Part shown: piece by piece, positions 1-10,378 of the stretch | How positions within the stretch are numbered: the first letter of the stretch is position 1 | Layout of the letters: every line of letters begins with the position of its first letter | Assembly: GCA_964528025.1 (NCBI GenBank) | Contig: CAZGOZ010000001.1 | Span: forward strand, 4,398 to 68,397 | Reading direction: 5' to 3' | Source of the DNA: an uncultured Planctomycetia bacterium | Lineage (GTDB): Bacteria > Omnitrophota > Gorgyraeia > Tantalellales > Tantalellaceae | Length of the DNA: 64,000 bases | Program-made: the position numbers and the translations under genes | The notes under the pieces: model-generated | Databases searched by the model: none | Told to the model about the DNA's origin: nothing | What the model saw: the letters and a program-made list of their open reading frames with translations, nothing else

Positions 1-2998
1 GCTTTTCCCTGTCGGACACCTCCTTGGGCGTTGCATCATCGTCGCCTTCAAATCCTACAATTTCCGGAAAAACTTCTCCTGTCTCTCTCTTTGCTCTCTT
101 CTTCGCAATCTCTTTCAGAATATCAATCAAAACATCGTTCATTTCATCGGTATCCGGAACGTCTTTACTCGTCAGACCGGATTCCTTAAAAGAGGCATTA
201 ATTCTTTCTCTGACACCGAGCGTTATCTTTCCTTTTTCGGCTTCGTTCAGATCCGCGGCCGTGATACCCATATCCGCAATCAGTCGGTCTGCTGCCTGTT
301 TTATTACCGGTCCTCTTCTTTCTATAATTGCGGCTATAGTCGCCTGCTCTGCTTTATCTGATTCCTCGGGCGAGACGCGTTTTTGGATATCTGTCTTTTT
401 AGGATTTTTTCTTACCCCTTTTCCCCTAAAAAGAAGATTATTGCTTATTGCCTCTCTCCCTACCGCGACTCTTCCCAAAATAGCATTTAATATTTCCTTA
501 TTTTTCGCATATTTAGCGCGAATTTTCTCCGATATACCCGCATTCATAAAAGCGGCATCGCACCTTTCATAAATCAACTGAGAGAATATCCATTTATCCA
601 CCAGAGAAAGATCTCTGTCCATCAGGCCCGGGTCCTCCACGAGCGTCTTCACAGCCTCGGAGATCTGTTCTTCAGACGCAACTGCCGCATCTTCCTTTAT
701 GCGGCGAATTTCATCTTCGCGTTCCTGTTCAATCTTTTCCCTGAGCTTTTCTTCTTTTTTTATTTCGCTTCTTTTCTCCCGGGCTCCTTTCACCATTTTG
801 AGCAAAACGTCCGGGCTCCACATGATCTTTGCAGCGTCAGCTCCCCCGATTTTTTCGGCTTTTTCTTGAATTTTCATCGCCATGTCTTCGTTTATACTTT
901 TTCCTTCATCCGCGGTCATCAGATCTCGATCCGTCAGTGACGTATCTGCCGCGATCGCCGCAATAAGTTTCTCTCCATATTTTTCGGCAGCTGTATTTGC
1001 AAGAGAATTTCTTTTATCCAGAGCTTCCCTACAAAGCTTTACGAGTGACAACGGACCAATATGTCTCACCTTTATTTCTTTTTGCTCCAGCAGTTTATTC
1101 AGCTGGGTCTCCAGTTGCTTGGGCATTTTGATGGTCTTTAAAAAAACGCTTATATCCTTACTGTCTATATCCACTAGCTCAGCCAGAAGATTCAACAGCT
1201 CCGCGTATTTCGCCTCAAATATTCCTTCGTTTCGTTTCTGACGCCCGGCAGCATAATCTCTCGTCAAGAGATTTTCATCGAGATCTATGACGGTGAAGGA
1301 TTTTGACAAAAGGCTTTCCAATCCCTCTTGTTTTAAAATGGCGGCCGCGTTATCAAAGCATTCTTCAACCGAAAGATCACCGTTGATTTTCCTTAAAAGA
1401 CCTTCTTTCTCATAGTATTTAAGAAGATCCCCTATTTTTTCATTATATACAGACAGCCGTTTCTTTACTGTCTCCGGCTTATCATCGTCTCTTTGCCTAA
1501 GCTCGTTCCCACAGTTATCACATATTCCTTTTTCTTTCGGTGCCGTGGTGCCCGTGATGTTATAAATCTTGCTACATTCCTTACATACCAGACGTCCGGA
1601 AAGTCTTTCGATAATAACTTCTTCGCTTGTTTCAAAATACAAAATAGCATCCAGAGAACGTCCTCTTTTCTTCAACTCATTATCAAGAAATTCAGCCTGT
1701 GGCCTGTTCCGCGGATATCCGTCAAACATCACGCCGTCTGCCGAGTCCAGCTTGATTATCCAATTGATCAAGACACTCTTAACAACAGAATTGGGAACAA
1801 GTTCCCCGGCATCCATATATCTCTGGGCCTCTAACCCGATCTCGCTGCCTTCCTCAACGGCCGCCCGCAACATATCGCCGGTGGAGACATGTAATAAACC
1901 ATGGTTGTCTTTTAACACATTAGCCAGCGTTCCCTTGCCAGCGCCGTTCGGTCCTAAAAGCACCAGATTAATCCCGCTCGCGTTATTCGCGCTGTATCTT
2001 ACGTCAATCTCGTTAACAGGAACGCCGCCGTTGAAGGATTCAACCGGACAGCCGAACATGACGCCTAGTTCATGCGCGAGACGTTCGCGCAGCATCTCCT
2101 CTGAATACACTTCCGGCAGGAAAATATACGTGGCGTAAGCGCTTGAATGGGCGTATGCCGTGACTTCACGGCTGTTGCTGTCTTTATTGATAACAGTAAC
2201 TTTATTTTTTTCAAGACGTTTTTCAAACGCATCCCCGTCACGATACGTAACCACATAAAATTTTCTATTTTGCGTAAGTTTATCTTTATTTTCAACGGTT
2301 ATGTTAGCCTTCTCCAGAATTGCGTCAATATGTTCTCGTGCGTCTATCTCCCTCACAAGGCCTTCTTGATCATGCGCCCACTTAATTACGTTTTTGTCAA
2401 ACTGCTCATGTTGACGATATCTTTCCACAGTGGCCGGGCCTTCCGCGGAAGAGAATATTGCATCCGTCTCCTGCGCCGCGTCCTGAGCCGCACGCAGCTC
2501 GTCTTCAGTGCATACCACGACGGGAAAACCGCCATGCGCGTCTTTTTTTGTGGAAAAAGCCAGAAGGTAATTCTGGCGTGTGTTAGAAACTAGTTTTTTA
2601 ACATGAACAGGCACCGAAAATACCGCCCCTGCGACATGTTGGATATCACGAAAATAACACTTCACCTCCGCCGGGTCATTTAGCGTGGCCTCGTTCCACT
2701 TCTTATATAGAAAACGCCCCGAGTCATTGATGACCTTCTTAATAGCGCCTAGATCACTCACGTTATTAATAGCCTGGGTTTTTCCGTCAAGCTTATGCAG
2801 TTCACTTTGAAGCCCAATCATGGCAAGGGCGGCAAATTTATGTTTGTATGGATCCAACCCGATGGCCTTACCAAAAACAAGCTCCGGCCCAAGACAAGCG
2901 TCTCTAACTGGAACAACGGTGTCGCCATAAGCGGCCACGATGCCATTCATCATCAGACATAAAGCCATGGCTATAGATACTATTTTGCGTAAAAACAT
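1..2998 (-). CDS. Giant secreted multidomain protein (over 999 aa, 3' end off window) with a complete adenylate-kinase-like domain in the middle
   Basis: Hand translation of the reverse complement starts at ATG 2998-2996 (MFLRKIVSIAMALCLMMNGIVAAYG, a signal-peptide-like N-terminus). The frame was checked at 2821, 2041, 1975, 1381, 1201, 841, 541, 301, 121 and 1 with no stop. The P-loop GINLVLLGPNGAGKGT falls at nt 1975-1930, followed by HVSTGDMLR, DGYPR and a CxxC...CxxC lid, about 60% identical to the canonical adk at 13065-13760. Not in the ORF track because it has no in-window stop. Confidence 0.8.
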   Translation of the reverse strand, partial: MFLRKIVSIAMALCLMMNGIVAAYGDTVVPVRDACLGPELVFGKAIGLDPYKHKFAALAMIGLQSELHKLDGKTQAINNVSDLGAIKKVINDSGRFLYKKWNEATLNDPAEVKCYFRDIQHVAGAVFSVPVHVKKLVSNTRQNYLLAFSTKKDAHGGFPVVVCTEDELRAAQDAAQETDAIFSSAEGPATVERYRQHEQFDKNVIKWAHDQEGLVREIDAREHIDAILEKANITVENKDKLTQNRKFYVVTYRDGDAFEKRLEKNKVTVINKDSNSREVTAYAHSSAYATYIFLPEVYSEEMLRERLAHELGVMFGCPVESFNGGVPVNEIDVRYSANNASGINLVLLGPNGAGKGTLANVLKDNHGLLHVSTGDMLRAAVEEGSEIGLEAQRYMDAGELVPNSVVKSVLINWIIKLDSADGVMFDGYPRNRPQAEFLDNELKKRGRSLDAILYFETSEEVIIERLSGRLVCKECSKIYNITGTTAPKEKGICDNCGNELRQRDDDKPETVKKRLSVYNEKIGDLLKYYEKEGLLRKINGDLSVEECFDNAAAILKQEGLESLLSKSFTVIDLDENLLTRDYAAGRQKRNEGIFEAKYAELLNLLAELVDIDSKDISVFLKTIKMPKQLETQLNKLLEQKEIKVRHIGPLSLVKLCREALDKRNSLANTAAEKYGEKLIAAIAADTSLTDRDLMTADEGKSINEDMAMKIQEKAEKIGGADAAKIMWSPDVLLKMVKGAREKRSEIKKEEKLREKIEQEREDEIRRIKEDAAVASEEQISEAVKTLVEDPGLMDRDLSLVDKWIFSQLIYERCDAAFMNAGISEKIRAKYAKNKEILNAILGRVAVGREAISNNLLFRGKGVRKNPKKTDIQKRVSPEESDKAEQATIAAIIERRGPVIKQAADRLIADMGITAADLNEAEKGKITLGVRERINASFKESGLTSKDVPDTDEMNDVLIDILKEIAKKRAKRETGEVFPEIVGFEGDDDATPKEVSDREK

Positions 2999-3289
2999 TT
3001 ATTCCCTTTTCTTTCTCTTAAAATACCATTATCCAAATTTCACCCGTTCTACCGATGCTCTATACTAACAGATTACACCCCCCACTGTCCACCAAAATAA
3101 CCATCTTTTTTCCCCTAACTTCCAGCCCCGGGCCGGAAAAGAGTGGCTAGACCAATAAAAAATGGGCTTGTGAGCATTAGACGCTGGCTGAGAGCATTGG
3201 AACAGTTGAGCAGTAGACCGCAATGGATCCCCGCTTTCGCGGGGATGACACATAAATCTACTATCCAGTGACCAGTGACATACTACTGC

Positions 3290-3949
3290 TCAAATGCTCC
3301 ACTGCTCCATTGCTCCACAAACTTTGTCCTTATAAGGACAAAGTTTGTTCAAGGGACATTCGGGGCAGAGGGGCTTGCGTGCCGTGCAGAACTTGCGTCC
3401 GTGGGATATTAGGAGATTTGACAGATTGCCCCATTTTTGCCTATCAAAAAGCGCCATGAGGTCACGTTCTATCTTGACTGGATTTGTGTGCTTTGTAAGG
3501 CCCAGGCGGCCGCTGAGGCGCTGTACATGAGTATCTACGGCTATTCCCTCGTTTTTTCCGTAGGCGTGGAAAAGTACTATATTCGCGGTTTTTCGGGCCA
3601 CTCCGGGCAGGGTAATGAGGTCTTCCATGTTATCGGGGACCTTTCCGCCGAAATCGCGAACGAGCATTTTAGCGGCGGCGATAATGTTTTTCGCCTTGTT
3701 CCGGTAAAAGCCTGTTGACCTTATTTCCTCTTCAAATTTTGATTTTTTCGCATTCGCGTAATCTGCCACTTTTTTATACTTTTTAAAAAGGTGTTCCGTG
3801 ACCATGTTAACGCGTTTATCCGTGCACTGCGCGGACAATATCGTAGCCACGAGAATCTCCAGGGCGTTCGCGTGTTTCAGCGCGGTCGTGACTTCCGGAT
3901 ATTCCGCCTCAAGCGTTTTATATATTTTGTTTGCTGTTTTTTTGTCCAT
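3290..3949 (-). CDS. nth: Endonuclease III (Nth), start chosen at internal Met
   Basis: HhH-GPD motif LPGVARKTANIVL and a C-terminal Cys cluster CTARKPLCPECPLNKLCPYK. The ORF continues upstream to 4087 but that part overlaps a hairpin repeat. Confidence 0.8.
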   Translation of the reverse strand: MDKKTANKIYKTLEAEYPEVTTALKHANALEILVATILSAQCTDKRVNMVTEHLFKKYKKVADYANAKKSKFEEEIRSTGFYRNKAKNIIAAAKMLVRDFGGKVPDNMEDLITLPGVARKTANIVLFHAYGKNEGIAVDTHVQRLSGRLGLTKHTNPVKIERDLMALFDRQKWGNLSNLLISHGRKFCTARKPLCPECPLNKLCPYKDKVCGAMEQWSI

Positions 3950-4107
3950 GATGGTTTGTCCTGTTTCGTTTCGGGCGGGCACAAGGCCCGCCCCTACGAA
4001 TTTTATGACCTTACTTCCGTTCCGGAAAAGAAAAAGAGATTGGGTCACTCCGGAAAGCTTTTCGAAATTCCAACAACCCACAAACACACTGATTTTTACC
4101 GCGAAAG

Positions 4108-4163
4108 ACGCGTTGTGAGTGTTTCGTACGGACTATGTCCGGTAGAAATACTCACAACGTGTC
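4108..4163 (-). terminator. Imperfect inverted repeat just downstream of the mutL stop, a candidate terminator
   Basis: acgcgttgtgagtgtttc ... gaaatactcacaacgtgt, a roughly 15 bp stem with a roughly 20 nt loop. Confidence 0.3.
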
Positions 4164-4188
4164 CCACACAAATACATTGATGCGATTT

Positions 4189-5916
4189 CTATTTTCTTCG
4201 GAATCGTTTCTCCAATTCCTCTATCGTAACCTTCGTTGTGGTTGGGCGGCCGTGGGGGCAGGTGAAGGGGAGGGAACACCTGCTGAGTTGATCCAGGAGT
4301 GAGATCATCTCTTCTTTCTCCATTGCATCGCCGGATTTTATTGCCGCGCGGCAGGACGTCATTTTGACGAGCTCCTCGGAAAGGTTCATTCGCGCGAGGT
4401 CGCGCGATGCCAGATCCGTAAGGATATCATGTATGACCGTGGTTATGTCCCTATCCTTCAAGATGGCGGGCACTGCCTGGGCTATAAATGTCTTTCCTCC
4501 GAACGGTTCAATATGAAAACCAAGATTTTTGAAATCCCCTATTACTTTTTCCATGATGACCGCTTCGCCGGCAGAAAGATCTATACGCGCCGGGAACAAA
4601 AGATTCTGTGTCTCCGGTGGATTTTCTTCCGTGGCTCTCGTGAAAAATTCATATAGCACCCTTTCATGCGCCGCATGCTGATCCGTAATCATAATACCAT
4701 CCGGGGCCAATTGCACGATGTAACAGGCTCCTATCTGGAACAAACCGGAGCTTTCTGAGAGAAAGCGGTCTTCATCCCGGGAGAAAGACGCAATCCCTTT
4801 CGTCTGAAACGGGCCTTTCCGCAGGTTATACCCGAACTCGCTCTGGACCTCGTCGTTTTCCTCAAACACGCTGTCCGGCGCCGCTGAAGTGCCGTCTTCC
4901 GGGCCGCAGGGGAAAACCTCGGGAACCGTTCTGCGAATCTCGCTGAATTTATTCTTTATTGCCCCTACAACAAGGTTTTTCACTGTCTTATCATCGTCAA
5001 ATTTTACCTGAAGTTTCGTCGGGTGCACGTTTACATCAACCGCGCTCGGGGAAACCTTCAGAAAAAGCACGGCGGCAGGGTATCGCCCTCTCTCCAGCAG
5101 GCTCCTGTAAGCCCCATAAACAGCGTCATTGATGAGGTTGCTCCTGAAAAATCTTTTGTTGACGAAAAACATCTGCCCGCGGCGGTCTTTTCTGGTATGA
5201 GAAGGACTGCTCACATATCCACTGATCTCATATCCTTCAAAAGAATGCGTTATTTCTACCATGTGGTCGGAAACGTCTCCCCCAAGCACCAGCCGTATTC
5301 TTTCTTTCATGTCCGCGTTTTTTGCGCCGTCCAGAAGGCGTCTTCCGTCCTGCGTTAACCTAAACTCAATATCCGGATGCCCTATGATAAATTTTCCGAC
5401 GACATCCACGACTGCGGCCAGCTCCGTGGATTCTCTTTTCAGGAATTTCCGACGAGCCGGAACATTATAAAAAAGGTTTCTGATCTCTACCGTCGTTCCA
5501 GTCGTGCGCGCCGCCGGGCGCGTCTTCAACATCTGGCCGCCCTCAAGATAAACGTATACACCTGAGCCGGCCGCCGCTGTCCGGGTCGTGACCTCCGTCT
5601 GTGAAACGGCGGCTATACTTGAAAGCGCTTCCCCCCTGAATCCCAGGGTGGTGATTTTCTCAAGATCATCAATACTCCTCAATTTACTCGTAGCATAACG
5701 TCCGCACGCCATTTTCGCGTCTTCCGGCGTCATGCCCGACCCGTCATCCGCAACCCTGATGAGTTCCTGCCCCGCAGCGCTCAGTTCTATCTCAATGCTC
5801 TTTGAGCCGGCGTCAATCGCGTTTTCCACCAGTTCTTTGACAACGGATGCCGGACGTTCCACGACTTCTCCCGCGGATATCTTCCCGATAACGGCATCAC
5901 TGAGTATGTTTATCAT
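4189..5916 (-). CDS. mutL: DNA mismatch repair protein MutL (endonuclease-type)
   Basis: GHKL ATPase N-terminus (ELVENAIDAG) and a C-terminal DQHAAHERVLYE metal-binding endonuclease motif. Confidence 0.9.
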   Translation of the reverse strand: MINILSDAVIGKISAGEVVERPASVVKELVENAIDAGSKSIEIELSAAGQELIRVADDGSGMTPEDAKMACGRYATSKLRSIDDLEKITTLGFRGEALSSIAAVSQTEVTTRTAAAGSGVYVYLEGGQMLKTRPAARTTGTTVEIRNLFYNVPARRKFLKRESTELAAVVDVVGKFIIGHPDIEFRLTQDGRRLLDGAKNADMKERIRLVLGGDVSDHMVEITHSFEGYEISGYVSSPSHTRKDRRGQMFFVNKRFFRSNLINDAVYGAYRSLLERGRYPAAVLFLKVSPSAVDVNVHPTKLQVKFDDDKTVKNLVVGAIKNKFSEIRRTVPEVFPCGPEDGTSAAPDSVFEENDEVQSEFGYNLRKGPFQTKGIASFSRDEDRFLSESSGLFQIGACYIVQLAPDGIMITDQHAAHERVLYEFFTRATEENPPETQNLLFPARIDLSAGEAVIMEKVIGDFKNLGFHIEPFGGKTFIAQAVPAILKDRDITTVIHDILTDLASRDLARMNLSEELVKMTSCRAAIKSGDAMEKEEMISLLDQLSRCSLPFTCPHGRPTTTKVTIEELEKRFRRK

Positions 5917-6001
5917 GTTTGTTGTTTCCTTCCCATCTTTTCATGCCCTTAAACAGATGACGTTCCTATTTATCACACTAATAAATAGGTGACGTCCCTA
6001 T

Positions 6002-8620
6002 TTAATCGCCGTTCCCGACTTCTTTTTTAAGCTCTGCTAGTTTTTTTAGGGCTTCTAGTGGGGTTAGGCTGTCGGGGTTTAGGTTCTTGATCTTGTCTAT
6101 AATGGGGTGTTCTTTTTGTTCGGCGTTGAAAAAATTTAGTTGGTCATTTTGTGTTTTTTTCTTTTTTGAAAAACGCAGACGGATATTGCCTGTGGTAGAA
6201 TCTTTTTGCAGATTATCCAGGATCTCACGCGCTCGCGTGATTACGGCGCCGGGCATGCCGGCCAGACGCGCAACGTGTATGCCGAAACTTTCGTCACAAC
6301 TCCCCTCGGTCACCTTATAAAGGAATATGATTTCATCACACCATTCCTTAATCGCAAGATGATAGTTCTTAACCCCGCGCATGACATCCGCCAATTCCGT
6401 GAGTTCGTGATAATGCGTGGCGAACAGCGCCTTTGCGCCCGGAAGATGCCCGTGTATGAATTCAACTGTCGCCCACGCAATGGCTACACCGTCAAATGTG
6501 CTCGTTCCCCTTCCAATCTCATCCAGGATAATAAGGCTTTTCCCGGTAGCATTGTTAAGTATGTTAGCCGTCTCCAGCATCTCCACCATGAACGTGCTCA
6601 TGCCGTGATATAATCTGTCCGAAGCGCCGACACGCGTGAAGATCCTGTCCACTATCCCGATATCCGCGGAGGAGGCCGGAACAAAACTCCCCATCTGGGC
6701 CATTATGATAATGAGCGCCATCTGCCGTATGAATGTCGATTTGCCCGCCATGTTAGATCCGGTTATTATAAAAACCCGTTTGTCCTCGTCGTTCATAGAA
6801 ACATCATTCGGCACGAACGCCTTGTCTTTCAGTATTTTCTCAAGAACGGGATGACGACCATCAACAACACTTATGCCGCTGCCGGTATTCATCTCCGGAC
6901 GACAGTAACGGTTCACGACAGCGCTTTCCGCGAGATTTGACAGGACATCTGTTTCGGCAACACGACGGGCCGTTTTTTTTAATCGTTCAATCTCGGCCCC
7001 GACCTTATCACGCAGGCAAGAAAACGCTTCATATTCCATGACCCTCGCGCGCTCGGAGGCCCCTATTATCTTTGATTCCTGCTCTTTCAGCGCCTGAGTG
7101 ATAAACCGTTCCGCGTTCACGAGGGTCTGCTTGCGCACATAATCGGACGGAACGGCGTCCAGATTGGCCCTAGTAACTTCAATATAATACCCGAACACAC
7201 TGTTAAACCCTACCTTGAGAGAGTTTATCCCCGTCCGCTTGATCTCACTTTTTTGAAGATCCGCGACCCAGTCCTTTCCTCCGTTCACCAAACGTCTCAA
7301 CTCGTCAATCTCCGGAGAATATCCCTCCTTTATCAGCCCACCCTCATGCAAACCGACCGGTGGCGATGCCACGAGACAGTCATCCATCCATTTTATCACA
7401 TCGCTGAAATCGTCCAGCTCCGTTATAATATCCTGCAGACCCGGCGGTATTTTTCCGGAAAAACCGGTCCGCATCCGGCCGACATTTTTAAGAGAGGCCC
7501 CAAGCGCCGTCATGTCTCTGGCGTTGGCCATGCCCATATTTACCCGGCCGGAAAGCCGTTCTATATCGTACATGTCGTTGAGAAGTTCTCTTACTTTGCG
7601 GCGGCATGACGTGTTGTCGTAAAAATACTGCACGACATCCAGGCGGTTCTTTATTTCATCAACACTTGTAAGAGGGTTTAATATCCATTCTTTGAGTTTT
7701 CTTTTTCCCATCGGGGTTTTTGTCCCGTCAAGAACCTCAAAGAGCGTCCCCCTGGCGGATAGGTCCTCCTGGTTCCGTATAAGTTCCAGGTGGCGATGAG
7801 AATTCCGGTCCATGGCCATGAAGTGATCCGCGCGGCGCGTGGATATAACGTCTATATTCCCCAGTCGGTTTTTCTGCGTGTTCTTCAGATATTTTAAAAG
7901 CGCGCCGGCGGCTTCCACCGCGGCGTTCAATTCGGAGCATCCAAATCCTTCAAGACTTTCCACCGCAAAATGATGTTTAATCTCCTTCAGGGACAATTCA
8001 TGATCAAACATCCAGTCGTCGTTCACGGTCAACACGCCGAGGTTTGCCTTATTAAATTCATGGAAATCTTTATTTTTGTGGAAACTTTCGGAAACCAGAC
8101 ATTCTGAAGGTGAGATTTTATAGAGTTCAGCAAAAAGGTCTTCTTTGTTGTCAAACTCCATGACGCAGAATTCGCCGGTTGATATGTCCGCGTACGCAAT
8201 GCCGAATTTCGCGCCGGATACGCTGAGTGAAAGAATATAATTGTTTACCGCCCCTTCCAGCAGGGTATCTGCCGTGACCGTCCCCGGCGTCACTATACGC
8301 GTGACCTCTCTTCGAACAATGCTTTTGCCCGCGACCGGCGCTTCCATTTGGTCGCAAATAGCGACTTTTTTTCCGTGTTTTATAAGTCGTGCGATGTAGT
8401 TGTCTGCGGCGTGATAAGGAATGCCGCACATCGGCACTTTTTTATCCTTATCTTTACCTCTGGAAGTCAGCGTGATGTGAAGTATGCGCGTGGCCTCGAC
8501 GGCATCATCGAAGAACATCTCATAGAAATCGCCGAGTCGGAAGAAAAGAATAGAATCGGTATGCTGCTGCTTGATATCCAGATATTGCCGCATCATCGGC
8601 GTAAGAGCTGATCCCATGTT
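6002..8620 (-). CDS. mutS: DNA mismatch repair protein MutS
   Basis: Walker A GPNMAGKSTFIRQ and an N-terminal mismatch-binding domain. The ORF extends to 8668; start chosen at MGSALTPMMRQY. Confidence 0.9.
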   Translation of the reverse strand, partial: NMGSALTPMMRQYLDIKQQHTDSILFFRLGDFYEMFFDDAVEATRILHITLTSRGKDKDKKVPMCGIPYHAADNYIARLIKHGKKVAICDQMEAPVAGKSIVRREVTRIVTPGTVTADTLLEGAVNNYILSLSVSGAKFGIAYADISTGEFCVMEFDNKEDLFAELYKISPSECLVSESFHKNKDFHEFNKANLGVLTVNDDWMFDHELSLKEIKHHFAVESLEGFGCSELNAAVEAAGALLKYLKNTQKNRLGNIDVISTRRADHFMAMDRNSHRHLELIRNQEDLSARGTLFEVLDGTKTPMGKRKLKEWILNPLTSVDEIKNRLDVVQYFYDNTSCRRKVRELLNDMYDIERLSGRVNMGMANARDMTALGASLKNVGRMRTGFSGKIPPGLQDIITELDDFSDVIKWMDDCLVASPPVGLHEGGLIKEGYSPEIDELRRLVNGGKDWVADLQKSEIKRTGINSLKVGFNSVFGYYIEVTRANLDAVPSDYVRKQTLVNAERFITQALKEQESKIIGASERARVMEYEAFSCLRDKVGAEIERLKKTARRVAETDVLSNLAESAVVNRYCRPEMNTGSGISVVDGRHPVLEKILKDKAFVPNDVSMNDEDKRVFIITGSNMAGKSTFIRQMALIIIMAQMGSFVPASSADIGIVDRIFTRVGASDRLYHGMSTFMVEMLETANILNNATGKSLIILDEIGRGTSTFDGVAIAWATVEFIHGHLPGAKALFATHYHELTELADVMRGVKNYHLAIKEWCDEIIFLYKVTEGSCDESFGIHVARLAGMPGAVITRAREILDNLQKDSTTGNIRLRFSKKKKTQNDQLNFFNAEQKEHPIIDKIKNLNPDSLTPLEALKKLAELKKEVGNGD

Positions 8621-8713
8621 GCACTCTCCACGTGGTAGGTTTAAAACCCTTTGATCTGCGGCAGGCAAGCCCGCCGAAGGCGGGTCCGCCTTTGGCGGGA
8701 AAATCGGTGATTG

Positions 8714-9319
8714 TTATCCGATGGATTTTCTCTGGAACCTTTTGAAAAGACCTCTCTTAGTGACCTTTTCACGTTCCGTTTTCGCTTTTTCTTTTTTGAC
8801 GTCGATGGCGGAATGTTTATCTTTTTCTTCCGTTTTTGCGTTGGGGTGAACGGTTTTTGTTGTTTCCCGTTCTTCTTTCTTTCCCTTTTGCGCTTTCGGT
8901 TTCCGCTTTTTTTCTTTCTCTTTTGTATCGATGCCTAAAAGTTCTTCATCCGAGATGGTTCTCTTCGTCAGTTCCATGATGGCCAAGCGCGCGCCATCAC
9001 CTCTTCTGTCACCAAATGCCATTATACGCGTGTATCCACCGTTCACGTCTTTATACAAAGGGGCCAGGTTGGTAAACAGTTTTTTTACGATATCTTTATC
9101 TGAGAGTCTTTGGAACGCCCGCCGCATCGCGGTTATCGAACCGGGATTTTTTTTCGCCAGCGTTATCAGCGGTTCCGCGAAACTTCGCAAAGCGCGCGCC
9201 TTGGCCATCGTAGTTTCTATACGCTCATGCAGGAAAAGATCGTTAGCGAGACTCTTGAGCGTGGCTTTCCGCCAGGCCGTGTTTCTTGAAAGCCTTCCCT
9301 TTTTCTTGCGGTGTCTCAT
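8714..9319 (-). CDS. rplQ: 50S ribosomal protein L17 with an approximately 80 aa Lys/Glu-rich C-terminal extension
   Basis: MRHRKKKGRLSRNTAWRKA is an L17 N-terminus; at 201 aa it exceeds the typical ~125 aa. Confidence 0.85.
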   Translation of the reverse strand: MRHRKKKGRLSRNTAWRKATLKSLANDLFLHERIETTMAKARALRSFAEPLITLAKKNPGSITAMRRAFQRLSDKDIVKKLFTNLAPLYKDVNGGYTRIMAFGDRRGDGARLAIMELTKRTISDEELLGIDTKEKEKKRKPKAQKGKKEERETTKTVHPNAKTEEKDKHSAIDVKKEKAKTEREKVTKRGLFKRFQRKSIG

Positions 9320-9327
9320 TTTACCGT

Positions 9328-10326
9328 CTACGCCTCCTCTTCCCCGTCATCGTCCAGCTCCAGACCAAGATGCAGCCCCATTGAGGAGAGAACGCTGTTA
9401 ATCTCATTCAGTGATTTCTTTCCGAAATTCTTATACTTGAGCATTTCTGCTTCTTTTCTTCCCACGAGATCTCCGATTGTCCGAATATTCGCATCAGCCA
9501 GACAATTTGAGCTTCTCACGGATAATTCAAGCTCGGAAATAGGTTTAGTCAATTTATTCCGGAGTTCCGTTTTCTCTCTGGATTCCTCTTCTTTTCCCTC
9601 TATCTCCTCTGTTAATTTTCCTATACCCACAAAAACATCAAGATGCCTCTGAAGCACGTTGGAGGCATATAAAAGCGCCTCTTTCGGTTCCATACTGCCA
9701 TTCGTGAATACATCAAGAATAAGCTTGTCATAGTCGGTAATATGTCCCACTCTTGTATTCTCAACATTCATATTCACTCTTTTCACCGGAGAAAACAGAG
9801 AGTCAATGGCAATCATGCCTGCCGGACTATCCCCGCTCTTGTTCCTCTCTGACGTAACATATCCCCGGCCGCGTTCAACTCTCATTTCAACTTCAAAAGT
9901 GGTGTTTTCCGTCAACGTCGCTATGTGGTGTTCCGGATTCACTATTTCAACCGTTTCATCGGTCTTGATGTCTTTCGCCTTGACCTCTCCCTTTTTCTTC
10001 ACGCTCAGAAATATCGGTTTCGGGGTCTTGAAGTGTGACCGTAGAACCAACCCTTTGAGGTTCATTATTATCTGCGACACGTCTTCATATACTCCCGGAA
10101 TAGTCGAAAATTCGTGAAGCGCCCCTTCAATCTTAACGCGCGTTACTGCCGTTCCCTCCACAGACGACAGCAAAACCCTTCGCAGTGAATTCCCTATCGT
10201 CACGCCGTATCCTTTTTCGAAAGGTTCCGCAATAACCTGCCCGTAAGTCGGAGTGTATGTTTTCTCGTCAAAGATTATTTTCTTGGGTAACTCAAAGTTC
10301 TTCAATTTCATTCCCATCGCGCGCAT
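9328..10326 (-). CDS. rpoA: DNA-directed RNA polymerase alpha subunit
   Basis: 332 aa with an alpha NTD and a CTD HhH (SVRSSNCLADANIRTIGDL). Confidence 0.9.
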   Translation of the reverse strand: MRAMGMKLKNFELPKKIIFDEKTYTPTYGQVIAEPFEKGYGVTIGNSLRRVLLSSVEGTAVTRVKIEGALHEFSTIPGVYEDVSQIIMNLKGLVLRSHFKTPKPIFLSVKKKGEVKAKDIKTDETVEIVNPEHHIATLTENTTFEVEMRVERGRGYVTSERNKSGDSPAGMIAIDSLFSPVKRVNMNVENTRVGHITDYDKLILDVFTNGSMEPKEALLYASNVLQRHLDVFVGIGKLTEEIEGKEEESREKTELRNKLTKPISELELSVRSSNCLADANIRTIGDLVGRKEAEMLKYKNFGKKSLNEINSVLSSMGLHLGLELDDDGEEEA

Positions 10327-10378
10327 CCCTCCTTCGTCGTAACCCCTGTTCTATTCAACACTTACAAAATGCAACTGA

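Noticed and set aside
24-2593. Plus-strand ORFs 24-572, 882-1241, 1493-1834, 1569-2138 and 2147-2593
   Set aside because: All lie antisense to the continuous minus-strand giant ORF (<1-2998) with its recognisable adk domain. The plus-strand translations are low-complexity.
3318-3350. Perfect 32 bp palindrome acaaactttgtccttataaggacaaagtttgt
   Set aside because: It lies inside the nth coding region and encodes the conserved C-terminal Fe-S cluster loop (LNKLCPYKDKVC). It is most likely coincidental to the coding constraint, not a separate element.
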